A DNA stretch of 63,917 nucleotides, the filler included, from Pelomyxa schiedti (lineage: Eukaryota > Protista > Evosea): assembly GCA_020536535.1 (NCBI GenBank). It is 11 parts of 11 records of this genome, joined end to end, with 100 filler letters (N's around TTAATTAATTAA, not from the genome) between each part and the next. Parts side by side here need not be neighbours in the genome. Positions count along the whole stretch, not along the records: positions 1 to 9,829 come from JAHLWZ010000103.1; positions 9,930 to 16,126 come from JAHLWZ010001442.1; 9 more parts are not named here. One strand, 5' to 3'. The position numbers and the translations under genes were made by a program. Under the pieces are notes generated by a model. The model saw only the letters and a program-made list of their open reading frames with translations, was not told the DNA's origin and did not search any database. How positions within the stretch are numbered: position 1 is the first letter of the stretch; every line of letters starts with the position of its first letter. Positions 1-10,436 of the stretch are shown here, piece after piece.

Positions 1-800
1 ATTGAATCTTCAATGACCTGTGTTGTTGTGAGAACGAGAACAAGAACAAGAACAAGAACAAGAACAAAAACAAAAACAAAAACAAAAACAAAAACAAAAA
101 CAAAAACAAAAACAAAAACAAGACCAGCCAAACGAAATAAAACAAACGAGACAAAGAAAAACAAAGTAACACAAAAAGAACTGTGTGAAGCGTCGCCTCA
201 ACAGTTCGAGAAAAAAAAACCAAAACAAAACCGAGAAACAACAAGGACTGGTGCGATCTCAACATAAAATAAAAAAATTAAAAACAAGCACACTGGGGAA
301 AAAAACTGATACCGATGACTGAACAACCTGTGTCACCAAAATGCGACGTTCTGTCGCACCATCCACCTTTACCCGGCCACCAAATGGCAAAAATTTTTTT
401 TAATGTATTCCTTCTTTGCAATTGAAACGAAAACAACATGTTCCCCGAAACCTCACACACTAAGCACCAAGTCAGATTGTCTTGCTGCAGTCTGCACCAA
501 ATGAGAGGAGACAAGTGCACAAACAATGAACTCAGTTAATTAATCCTGGGTGTGTTGGTCCCTTCCCGGTTGGAGCGAATCGACTTCGCGTCTGACTTAG
601 TGGTATGGAGAGATTCCCCACTGTGGGTTTCCACTACCAACTTGGGCACGAATTCAGCTCTCCAATGTGCATACAAATTGTGTTAAATCTCCCCGATCCC
701 ATCCAAATTGGGGAACGTGGGCACACTTTGGATTCAGGGTGGGCCTCTGTGAAGAGGTATTTTTCCACTGAGTTTAATCCCTTCCAGTGAGCACAATATT
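1..800 (-). pseudogene. Possible decayed copy of the ankyrin-like family
   Basis: Minus-strand fragments such as WKGLNSVEKYLF and RWMVRQN are broken by stops and frameshifts. The acceptor CAG|GTCATTGAA at the window edge matches CAG|GTCATTGAG at 5568-5579. Similarity is weak. Confidence 0.25.
33..120 (+). repeat. Hexamer microsatellite (AGAACA)n grading into (AAAAAC)n
   Basis: Read directly from the sequence. It produces the spurious TR/TK and CF/CS dipeptide ORFs at 10..228 and 13..267. Probably intronic: a minus-strand CAG|GTCATTGAA acceptor at 1-21 resembles the last-exon acceptor of the ankyrin-like genes. Confidence 0.85.
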
Positions 801-917
801 TTCATTTTCCCAAGGTTGTCATCTCCGGTACATCGAAATGGAGAAGAGCTAGGAAAACAAGTCACTGTTCCTTGAGGGAGGTGTTTTGTAACTTCCATCT
901 AAAAAAATTTCCCCTTA

Positions 918-3276
918 TTAAAACCGAACAAGGCACTGTCGATTGTACACACCAAAGAACACCATTGCATCTGCCAGCAATGGAATGCATGACTCCTTTT
1001 GGGCACAGTACTCCCGCAGCTCCTCAAGTGTGATGCCGTTGAAGTGGTGAATTGTGAACAGAGCAATGTGGGGCGAGAGTGTCACAATCGGAATCAGGTG
1101 CTGTCGAATCACACTTGTGTCAATGGCTGGGTAATGGTTCACCAACATCTGCCAGCCTGAAACGTCAAGTCCACTGATTGGACTGCACTTCATGTAAATG
1201 ATCTGTTTCACAAGTGAGGAATATAAGAAAGAAACATGGGAAGAGCCTCACGTCACTCAGAGGGATTTGAAACGATTCAATGAGCCACTGTGCACACATG
1301 TTCTTCCTATGTTCAAGGAGGTGGAACAAGAGGCAATTCTTCTTCAAATTAATGTGGGAGTACTGCAGGTCAAACTGCCGAATTATCCACTTCACCATCT
1401 TGCTGGAGTACACATAAAACTTTCTGGAAGTCAGGCGCTCTGCCAAAAATTCCTTGGAAACCACAGAGGAACTTGCAGAAAATAATAAACGCTGAAGAGG
1501 GTTGATGTCTCCTGAATTCATGTATGCAGTCACAAGTTTTGCAAACAATTGTGGGTGCCTGTGAGGTTCAAATTCTGTGAAGCTTCCCAACAAGATATCA
1601 ACATGGTAACGATGATGGTGACTGAGAGCTGCTGAAATTGCATCCTGAACATACGTAGCACTCACAAGAGGGCACTTGAGGTGCTGAATGAACCACTGCA
1701 ATTCATTACTTCGGCTCTCTGGGTCATCACATATCTCAACGAGTGTGGTTCCGGCGATCACTGGATCGGAATTGGCTGCGTCCATGATGAAAAATCTTTC
1801 ATCCAACCATTCTGCAACCTCGAGGTTGCCACATCGGAGTGCACACTGCAGAGACTTCACCACGTCAGGCTGTGTGAGAGACACCTTCGTTGACAGCCAT
1901 TTCGCCAGTGTTGCACCACATCGCTGTGTGGAGCACGAAGCCACGAATGTGGCTGGTGTTAGAATGAAGTGCTTCTCTGCGCAAAGCCACTCAGTAAATT
2001 CAACCTCTCCAAACTTTTGGCAGAGGCAATTCAAAATTTCGTTGCTTGGGGTGATTGGAGATGCCATAATTACTGACTTGGCGACCTCTATTTTCTCTAT
2101 GTGCTTGAAGGTACTTTCATTGACAATCCCTCCCCCCTCGGTGTTGCTTTCAAGGCCCTGGAAATCTTCCACGGAGCTGTGCGTGTTGCCAAGTAGTGCT
2201 CTTTGAAACTTGGGTGTGTGTGCACAACTCTTGACCACAGGAAATTTCTCAAAACACCACTTGATGTTGCTTGGACATTGACCACTTGCACAGTCTTCCA
2301 CAAGCTTCGTGAGTACGGATGGGTGGAGCTTCACCAAGTCAAACTTGTCAAACAACCAACTGATAACCCCCATATCTCCACTCCCCATTGCACTCTGCAG
2401 TGGGTTTGGGTAAAGAATCCAAGGAGCCTCATCCTTCCCGATTCTGAGGAAAGACACGAGCCACTTGACGAGCTCCAGGTTGCCACTCTCACAACCACTT
2501 TCCAATGCACCTCTACTTATACGGTATGAGCCACACGAAGCCTTCACATATTCTCTCACCTTGTCCCTCAAAGTGGTCCTGATCACCACACTACCCCTTG
2601 CTAAGAGGCATTCATTTCCCAGACAATACACATCACTCCACCCCTCCATGCACCGGCCATCCCACAATGCCGGCAACGTGCCCACGTTTGTTGTCCCACC
2701 ATCTCCAAGAAACATTCTTGCCTCCTCCAAGTGGCGCCCTTTGACAAGCCCAGTCACCGCAGCACTCACCTCCTTGATGGCAACCTGCTCCCGGTGCTTC
2801 GCGTCATCACCATCATCACCACTCACTGTGATGAGCATAGTGCTGCTGCTTGATATGGCCGAACGGGGCGGGCACCATTGTGGGCCCGTGTTAATTCGCC
2901 TGTGCTTGACAATCCACGCGACGCACGAGGGGCACAGTAGCCTCGCAGCATCTGAAATGAGGGAGTACGAACTGGCTCCGAGCAGGAGCAACAGCCTACG
3001 GCAGACGAGGCCAACGAGCGGGAACAATGCTTCGGCCAGCCGCAGCAGCGCGTAGGTGCACCAATCCAGCCACCCGGGCTGCACGACGATGTCCCACACC
3101 ACTCGGGAAACGCGAAGCGTGGGCAGCGCCCTGTCGATGCAGCCACTTGTGGGAGTCGCTTCGGCGATGATGGAACATTGGCGTTTCTGTGTTTGTGTTG
3201 CTGTGGGGATGGTGACACAGAGGGGCATCACCTGCGGGGGCAGTACTGCGACCGATGACGTGTTACCACCCATCAC
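918..3276 (-). CDS. Lineage-specific degenerate ankyrin-repeat-like protein, about 769 aa, 2 exons (3276-1252, 1202-918)
   Basis: Long ORF with recurring CxxG(N/D)L(E/G)V(V/A)(K/E)WL-type helical repeats. A 49-nt GTGAGG...AACAG phase-0 intron (1251-1203) joins it in frame to the 918..1211 ORF. Close paralogue of 3485-5861. Confidence 0.85.
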
Positions 3277-3484
3277 TGTTGGTTTTTTTTTTTATTATTA
3301 TTTGAAGAGGCCCTCAAACGCGGCTCTCGTGTGGCTCCTTCTCGGTGCCAATCCTTCTGGATCTGTGATCACGAAGAGGGAAGGAAGATTCTCGTTTCGA
3401 ACGGAAAACTGAGCTTCTGGGTGGTTTTATAAGAACCACCATCGGAAACGAACGAGTTCCGCCCCAAACATCAAAAGAAAGATC

Positions 3485-5861
3485 ATGGGGGTCAACGCCT
3501 CGTCACCAACAACAGATGTGCCCCCGCAGGCTCGCTCCTCCACTGCACCTGCGTCGTCAACACAACTCACAGAACCTCAACAACGCAGCGGTCCGTCAAC
3601 GGCCACACACACCCCACAGCACCACAGTATCCTCACTCCAACAACCAGTCCTGCTGCTGCTGGTGCTGTTGCTAGTGCCGGCGTGAGGGCTCTGCCGACG
3701 CTCCGCGTCTCGCGGATGGTCTGGGAACTCGTCGTCGTGGCGCCGACGGCCGGGGCGGGCCTGGGTGTCCAGTCGCTGTTCAGGCTGGCCGAGGCGATGT
3801 TCCCGCTGCTGGCCCTCGTGTGCCGCAGGGTCATGGCGCACTCGGGCGACGGCTCGTACCGCCTCATCGCGGTGGCGGCGGGGTCGCGGTGCCCCGCGTG
3901 CGTGGCGTGGATTGTAAGGCACAGGCACTGCAACGCAAACGGAATGGCAAGTGATGGCCACCGCACCATCAGGCACCGGGAGCAGGTTGCCATCAAGGAG
4001 GTGAGTGCTGTGCTGACTGGGCTTGTGTGGAGAAACTCCTTGGAGGAGGCACGAATGTTGCTTGGCGACGGTGGGACAACGAACGTGGGCACGTTGCCGG
4101 CATTGTGGGATGGCCGGTGTGTGGAGGGGTGGAGTGATGTGTATTGTGTGGAGGCTGAATGCAGAACAAGGGGGAATGATGTGGTGATCAGGACCACGTT
4201 GAGGGACAAGGTGAGAGAATACGTGAGGGCCTCGTGTGGGTGCCTGTGGAAAAATGCGTTGGAAAGTGGTTGTGGGAGTGGCAACCTGGAGCTCGTCAAG
4301 TGGCTCGTGTCTTTCCTCAGAATCGGGAAGGATGAGGCTCCTTGGATTCTTTACGAAGACCCACTGCAGAGTGCAATGTGGAGGGGACATCTGGGTGTTG
4401 TAAGCTGGTTGTTTGACAAGTTCGACTTGGTGAACCTCCATCCATCAGTGCTCGCTGATTTTGTGAAAGCTTGTGCAGGGAGTGACTGTCCCAGCAACAT
4501 CAAGTGGTGTTTTGAGAAATTTCCCGTGTGCAAGAGTTGTGTGCAGACATTTACCTTTCAAATTGCCCTCTTGGGCAACACGGACAGCTCTGTGGAAGAT
4601 TGCCAGTGCCTTGAAAGTCACATTCGTGAATGGGGAGTTGCCGATGAATTCGCCTTCAAATGCATCGAAAAAATGGATGTTGCCAAGTGGGTGCTGGCTA
4701 CACAACCAGTCTGTCCAAGCAACACAATTTTGGACTTCCTGTGCCAAAAGTTCGGAGATATGGAATTTGTTGAGTGGCTTTGCACAGAGAAGCACTTCAT
4801 TCCAACACCAGCCACATTCGTGGCAGCGTGTTCCACCGAGAGAGGTGGTGCCACACTGGCGAAATGGATGTCAACGAGGGTGTCTCTCACACAGTCTTAC
4901 GTGGTGAAGTCTCTGCAGTGTGCACTCCGCAATGGCAACATCCAAGTTGCGGAATGGTTGGATGAATCCTTTTTCATCATGGATGCAGCCAATTCCGATC
5001 CAGTGATCGCCGGGACCACACTCGTTGAGATTTGCAATGATAAACACTTTGGGATGGATGTTGTGGGATTGCAGTGGTTCATTCAGCACCTTCGACACCC
5101 CCTTGGAATGAAGTATGTTCACGAGGCACTTTCAACGGCACTTGGCAACTCTTGCTCTCGACATGTTAAGCTCTTGTTGGAGAGATTCTCTGAGTTTGAA
5201 CCTCACAGGCACCCACCACTGTTTTCAGGACTCCTGATCCTGTTTATGGAACTTGGTGATGTATATACTCTTCGGCATCTGTTTTCCGTTGGTTCATCAT
5301 TGCTTACAAAGGAATTTGTGGCAGAGTGCCTGACTTCTAACAAGTTTTATGTGTCCTCCAGCAAGATGGTGAAGTGGATAATTCGGCAGTTTGACCTGCA
5401 GTACTCCCACGTCAGTTCAAACAAGAATTGCCTCTTGTTCCACCTCCTTAAAAAAAGGAAGAACATGTGTGCACAGTGGCTCATTGAATCGTTTCAAATC
5501 CCTCTGAGTGACGTGTGCCATCACCTCCCACCAGTTTATCTCATTCTCGTTTTCCTCACACTTCATTCAGGTCATTGAGATGACGGCCAAGTGGTGCTAT
5601 CCAATCAGTGGACTTGACGTTTCAGGCTGGCAGATGTTGGTGAACCAGTACCCAGACATTAACACGAGTGTGATTCGACGGCACCTGATTCCGATTGTGA
5701 CACTCTCGCCCCACATTGCTCTGTTCACAATTCACCACTTCAACCGAATCACACTCGATGAGCTGCGGGAGTACTGTGCCCAAAAGGCGTCAAGCTTTGA
5801 ATTGCAGTCAGAGGTGAGGGTGTTCTTTGGTGTGTACAATCGACCTAAATGGTCTGAATGA
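3485..5861 (+). CDS. Lineage-specific degenerate ankyrin-repeat-like protein, about 772 aa, 2 exons (3485-5512, 5571-5861)
   Basis: Paralogue of the upstream gene in head-to-head orientation. A 58-nt GT-AG intron (5513-5570) sits at the same position, after IPLSD. Confidence 0.85.
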
Positions 5862-5955
5862 ACGGACTCAGTTGAAAGAGTCCTTCAAAAAAGACTCTTT
5901 CGTTGTTGGTCTTGTCGCGTTTCTCCTTTCTGAGAAAACCAAAAAAACCAAAAAG

Positions 5956-6539
5956 ATGTCGTTTCCCACCAACGGCTGCGACGACGTCGAGGGCGCCGCC
6001 GCGGCCACCACCACGGCGCCTCCGTCCTCCTCATCACCCAGCGTCGACCAACTTGGTGCTTTGGTGGAACTGGGGAACCCGGTGGGGCAGCGCCTGAGGC
6101 TCCTGGACCAACTTGGGGGCGCGGCGGGGGTGGCGTCGGCGGTTGGAAGCGACGCGAGCCGCGGCCTTCCGAGAAGGCGGACGCCCGCGGCCGACGCAGC
6201 GGCCCTCGCCAAGTTGCTATTTGTTTGGTTTTTGTGTTTGTTTGGTCGTATAAATGCTTTATTATTTGTTTCATAGTTCTTCACCCTCTTGTCTGTTTTG
6301 TCTGTCTGTGTTTTGTTTCTTGTGTTTGTTTGTTACTGGGTTTTTTTTAACAAAACAAAACTTTTAAACTCGTTAACAGCAAAGAAGGTACGGCAGGAAC
6401 GTGGTTCCTGAGCAGGATCCGCGATCTTTAGTACTGATGATTTGGGAAGGACTGCACGACAGGATCTTAGTTATCCTGATGATATCAGGTTTTCAAATAT
6501 TTCAACATTTAATTTCTGAGTCACTCTCTGGCAAGCAAC
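5956..6539 (+). CDS. P-type IIB (PMCA-like) Ca2+-ATPase, 5' fragment truncated by a gap
   Basis: LDQLGGAAGVASAVGSDASRGL, then after an intron RRYGRNVVPEQDPRSLVLMIWEGLHDRILVILMIS. This matches the cation-ATPase N-terminal signature (GGxxxLxxxL..GL...RxxxYGxNxxP....xxxWEALxDxxLxIL). Confidence 0.75.
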
Positions 6540-6639
6540 NNNNNNNNNNNNNNNNNNNNNNNNNNNNNNNNNNNNNNNNNNNNNNNNNNNNNNNNNNNNN
6601 NNNNNNNNNNNNNNNNNNNNNNNNNNNNNNNNNNNNNNN
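6540..6639. other. Plain 100-N scaffold gap (also 16983-17082, 18205-18304, 25448-25547)
   Basis: These gaps lack the TTAA core, and each is associated with an exact 121-bp duplicated contig end. Confidence 0.95.
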
Positions 6640-6691
6640 CATCACCTCCCACCAGTTTATCTCATTCTCGTTTTCCTCACACTTCATTCAG

Positions 6692-6985
6692 GTCATTGAG
6701 ATGACGGCCAAGTGGTGCTATCCAATCAGTGGACTTGACGTTTCAGGCTGGCAGATGTTGATGAACAATTACCCAGCCATTGACACAAGTGTGATTCGAC
6801 AGCACCTGATTCCGATTGTGACACTCTCACCCCACATTGCTCTGTTCACAATTCACCACTTCAACCGAATCACACTCGAGGAGCTGCGGGAGTACTGTGC
6901 CCAAAAGGCGTCATGCATTCCATTGCTGGCAGATGCAATGGTGTTCTTTGGTGTGTACAATCGACGTGGCCTTAGTCGGTTGTAA
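6692..6985 (+). CDS. Last exon of a third ankyrin-like paralogue or allele
   Basis: 6640-6760 is identical to 5519-5639 (121 bp). The sequence then diverges, and its C-terminus (SCIPLLADAMVFFGVYNR) resembles the 918-3276 copy. Confidence 0.7.
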   Translation, partial: VIEMTAKWCYPISGLDVSGWQMLMNNYPAIDTSVIRQHLIPIVTLSPHIALFTIHHFNRITLEELREYCAQKASCIPLLADAMVFFGVYNRRGLSRL

Positions 6986-7160
6986 TAAGTCAATGAAGAG
7001 CTAGGAACAGTGACTTGCTCTTTTCAATGTCGATGTACCGGAGATGACAACCTTGGGAAAATGATGCACCCGTGCCCTCATCGCACCCCCAAGACAACTG
7101 AAGCGACGAAAATGACATTTGTGAACCAAACTCAAAAGAAAAGCAAAACCAACCCGGTTG

Positions 7161-9829
7161 ATGGCAACGTCGTCGTCGGAGTGTTTCAACCAGGGCAGCG
7201 GAGCTATAACGGCGTTAGCGTCTGTGTGCCCGTGCTGCTCCAAGCCATACAATGACCCCAGGTTCTGCTTGCTTTGCTTCAGTAATTCCCTCCCTCTCGT
7301 TATTAACCAACGTTCGTTGGGATTCTCCACCCACACAGGTTGTTGCCGTGCCTTCACGGCGTTAACATGTCCTGCATCAAAGTGGTGCCCATCACCACCA
7401 CCACCACACGCCCCGTCACCACCACCGCAGGCGCAGCGTGTGACATCGGTGTCTCTGCTGCTGCGCCGCCGAGTGATTGGGCGGCAGTGTGCCCTGTGTG
7501 TGCTTCGCGGTTTACAATGAGCTCCCTGGGCGTCGCTGCTGAGGTGCCATTGACGGCGGCCTCAGGGAGCGAGGGATTGCGCACTACGGCACTTCCGAGT
7601 GAAGGAGACTGGGTAAAGATGTTGGCCAGCGTGCTCAAAACAGACCCGCTTGCTGTTGTTTCCGAAAACAAGGACCCTGCTGTAAATTGTGGTACGTTGG
7701 TTAAGTCTCTCCTTTTTTTTTTTTTTTTTTATTTATTAACGGCTACAAGATAAGAAAGGGTGCACTCTCCCAGCAGTGATATTTTGTCCACAGTGTGACA
7801 AATATTTATGTAAAACTTGCTCTGACTTCCTCCACGAGTCTTTCTTCCTTGATCATACACCAACTGTATACTTCCCCACTCTTTCTTTTTTTTAAAAAAA
7901 AAATCACAATGCATCTCAGAAAAAACCCACTGCTACTGCCAAGAAGTCATTTAAATGTGTTCATGACAACAGAAAAGCAAAGTTGTACTGCACCTGTTGC
8001 GACACCTTCATTTGTTCATCTTGTCAAATAAATTGGCACAAGGCACGTACTCCAAACACTGTGCCTAGTACTACTGGCAGTCAGAGTGGCACTGCCACAA
8101 CTAATACTACCACAACTTCGAGCGCGCCACACGAAGAACCAACAGAAACTCCCACTGAAAAAGTAAATTCTTTCAAATCTGGAGTAACTTTTTAACTTGA
8201 GACATTTCAGAAAAAAGTCACACCAGAGGCCCAAACAAATAAAACACGCCAATACCTCCCAAACGAGGTACTCAGTGCCCGTTTCCCATTTCAAGGACCA
8301 CCAGAGGGAGAATCAAGCCAACAACAACACACCACACCAACACTGATTCCAGCATTGGGGTGTGTTGTGCTCCCACAACCTGGAAGCAGATTCTGTGAAC
8401 ACCATGGAATCCCTCTCACAATACTCTGCTGGGGCCCAAACCCACCAACTTCAAAGACCTTGCCCCCTCCCACACCACACGCCTCCAACAGTTCCCAGAA
8501 ATCAGCAGCAACTAAGATAGACCATCATCCAAAGATCATCTGCACTGAATGCCTTTTCTCAGGTGAACACGTTGGGCACACCAACCACGAGAACCTGGCA
8601 GTTGCTGAAAAGAGGTTGCGGGGATCCCTGGAGGGAGTGATTGAAATCCTCACCCAGCGGTGTGCCAATGCCTTGAATATGAAATGCAATGCAGAGGCCC
8701 AGCTCTCGGCGTTGCAACGCCAATTAAATGACTGTGACAATGGCATGGAGATTGAAGTTCAACAGCTTGTGAAATCCATCCTTGAGGTACTCAAGGGTTG
8801 CCAAATAAAGCTCAGGAAATTGGTCACAACAAAGGTTGGAAACATACGTTATCTAATAAGTAAAACCAGTAGTGAAACCTCACTATCTAATAAGTGAAAC
8901 CTTCTCACCTTCCTCACGGCACAGAGTCAAAGTTTGGAAAACGTTGTCACACAATCCAGGAATCAGTTTTACGTTCTCTCCAACAACATTGTGCTGGGCA
9001 AACGATTGTGCTCACTGGAAGGAATTAAAGTCGGTGAAACTACATCATCTTCCTTTGGACCATCCTCTGTGAAACGCCCTCCAATACTTGACAACAATAC
9101 AAGCAGCTTTGCTTTCGTGAATGTGTTCTTGCAACTTCAGCCAACCTTGCAGAAAGCCTTCGTGGAGTCATCAACCCAAGCCACCAGTGAACACAATGAT
9201 GCAAATGTGGCCCCAGAAATCAAGGAAGTGATGGACACTATTCATGAAATAACAAGAGAGAAACCTGGTGAAGTAAAGGATCTCCGAGCAAAGTGTGCCC
9301 ACCTGCAGAAAGCTGTTGCTAGATTAGGCACCTTGGCTGTTGGTGAGCTGCTGTTTGACACGCCAGGGGATGAGCACAAAGTGGTTGATGAGCGTCTAGT
9401 TTTTGACACCCCAGGAGAGCACAAAGTGGTTGTGCCGCCAGGAGTGAGTGCGCTGTCATTTGTGGTGGTTGGGGCTGGTGGCGGCGCCGGCTGCCACGAC
9501 CCAGTCGAGGGTGGTGGAGCAGGGGGCGGCGGCGGCGGCTGTGCTTTGGTGCTCGGGCTCGTGGTTGCTGAGGGTGACGCCTTCGTTGTTGTTGGCAGGG
9601 GTGGTGCTGGTGGGCCAAGCATGGGCGAGCAGGGCAAGAGGGGCGGCGACACCACAGTGACACTGTCGGGGATGACACTCGCTTGCGGTGGCGGCGGTGA
9701 TGGCGGGAAAACACACAAAACAGGTGGGAACTACGGCCAACTGGGGGGGCTTGGTGGAGTTGGGTCAGTTGCACTGCCAGGCACGTGCAGCGCCGCAAGG
9801 ACAGGGGCACACAAAGGGGGCAGGGGCGG
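7161..9829 (+). CDS. RBCC/TRIM-like protein: RING, 2-3 B-boxes, coiled coil, C-terminal glycine-rich domain (3' truncated at linker)
   Basis: RING CPCC...DPR|LLPCLH...CI...CPVC across an intron at about 7262-7338. B-box-like CPQCDKYLCKTCSDFLH, YCTCCDTFICSSC...H and CEHH...CTEC..SGEH.GH. Heptad region 8600-8850. C-terminal FDTPGEHKVVVPPGVSALSFVVVGAGGGAG...VVVGRGGAGG. Confidence 0.8.
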
Positions 9830-9929
9830 NNNNNNNNNNNNNNNNNNNNNNNNNNNNNNNNNNNNNNNNNNNNTTAATTAATTAANNNNNNNNNNNNNNN
9901 NNNNNNNNNNNNNNNNNNNNNNNNNNNNN
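9830..9929. other. Artificial scaffold linker N44-TTAATTAATTAA-N44 (also at 16127, 29886, 37472, 40771, 43416, 50626, 51961, 60254, 62771)
   Basis: The same 100-bp construct occurs ten times. The palindromic 12-mer gives stop codons in all six frames. Genes are truncated at its edges. Confidence 0.95.
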
Positions 9930-10436
9930 TCTGAAAAAATCTATATTCGTGGTCTTCAAGGGGGAAATGGAAAAGAGGGGGGCGTGTGGGCGACCAAAGG
10001 GGCGACACGACAAATTTGTTTTTTGTTTTTTGTTTTTACTCTTTGGCGAAAAACGACGAGGTTTGCTCGTGAAACTTGTTAATCAATTTCTGTACAATCT
10101 GTCCACCTCAAAGGGACAGATCCGTTCCTTCTCCAAAAACTTATACAAGAGCACTTTGCGCACCTTCTTCGCCCCTCATTGTCGAAAGCGGCACTTTGTT
10201 CCAGAAGATCAGGCAGGAAACAGACCAAGTTAACAGATATATTAAGAATCGGATCTTTTTAAATTTTCCGTTTTCTGCGTAAAGCCGGTTTACGAGCAAC
10301 ACAGGGTTCATGGCAGAGCCGCTGAGGTTACTAATTTTTGTGACGTGGGGCGCTTTTATATGTCAAAGTCATATTACTTTTTCATTTTTTCATATTAAAC
10401 CAGAACACCCATCTCGAGCAAGCAGAGGTACGAGCC

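Noticed and set aside
10-267. Dipeptide-repeat ORFs (TR/TK and CF/CS)
   Set aside because: They are translations of a hexamer microsatellite in probable intronic sequence.
1198-5122. Many long antisense or overlapping ORFs (e.g. 2465..3055, 3577..4299, 3596..4441)
   Set aside because: They are shadows of GC-rich coding sequence on the opposite strand and show no independent motifs. The same applies at 36093-36914 and 52780-53806.
6401-6985. ORF fusing a Ca-ATPase fragment to an ankyrin C-terminus
   Set aside because: It is read through a 100-N gap, and the two halves come from different contigs.
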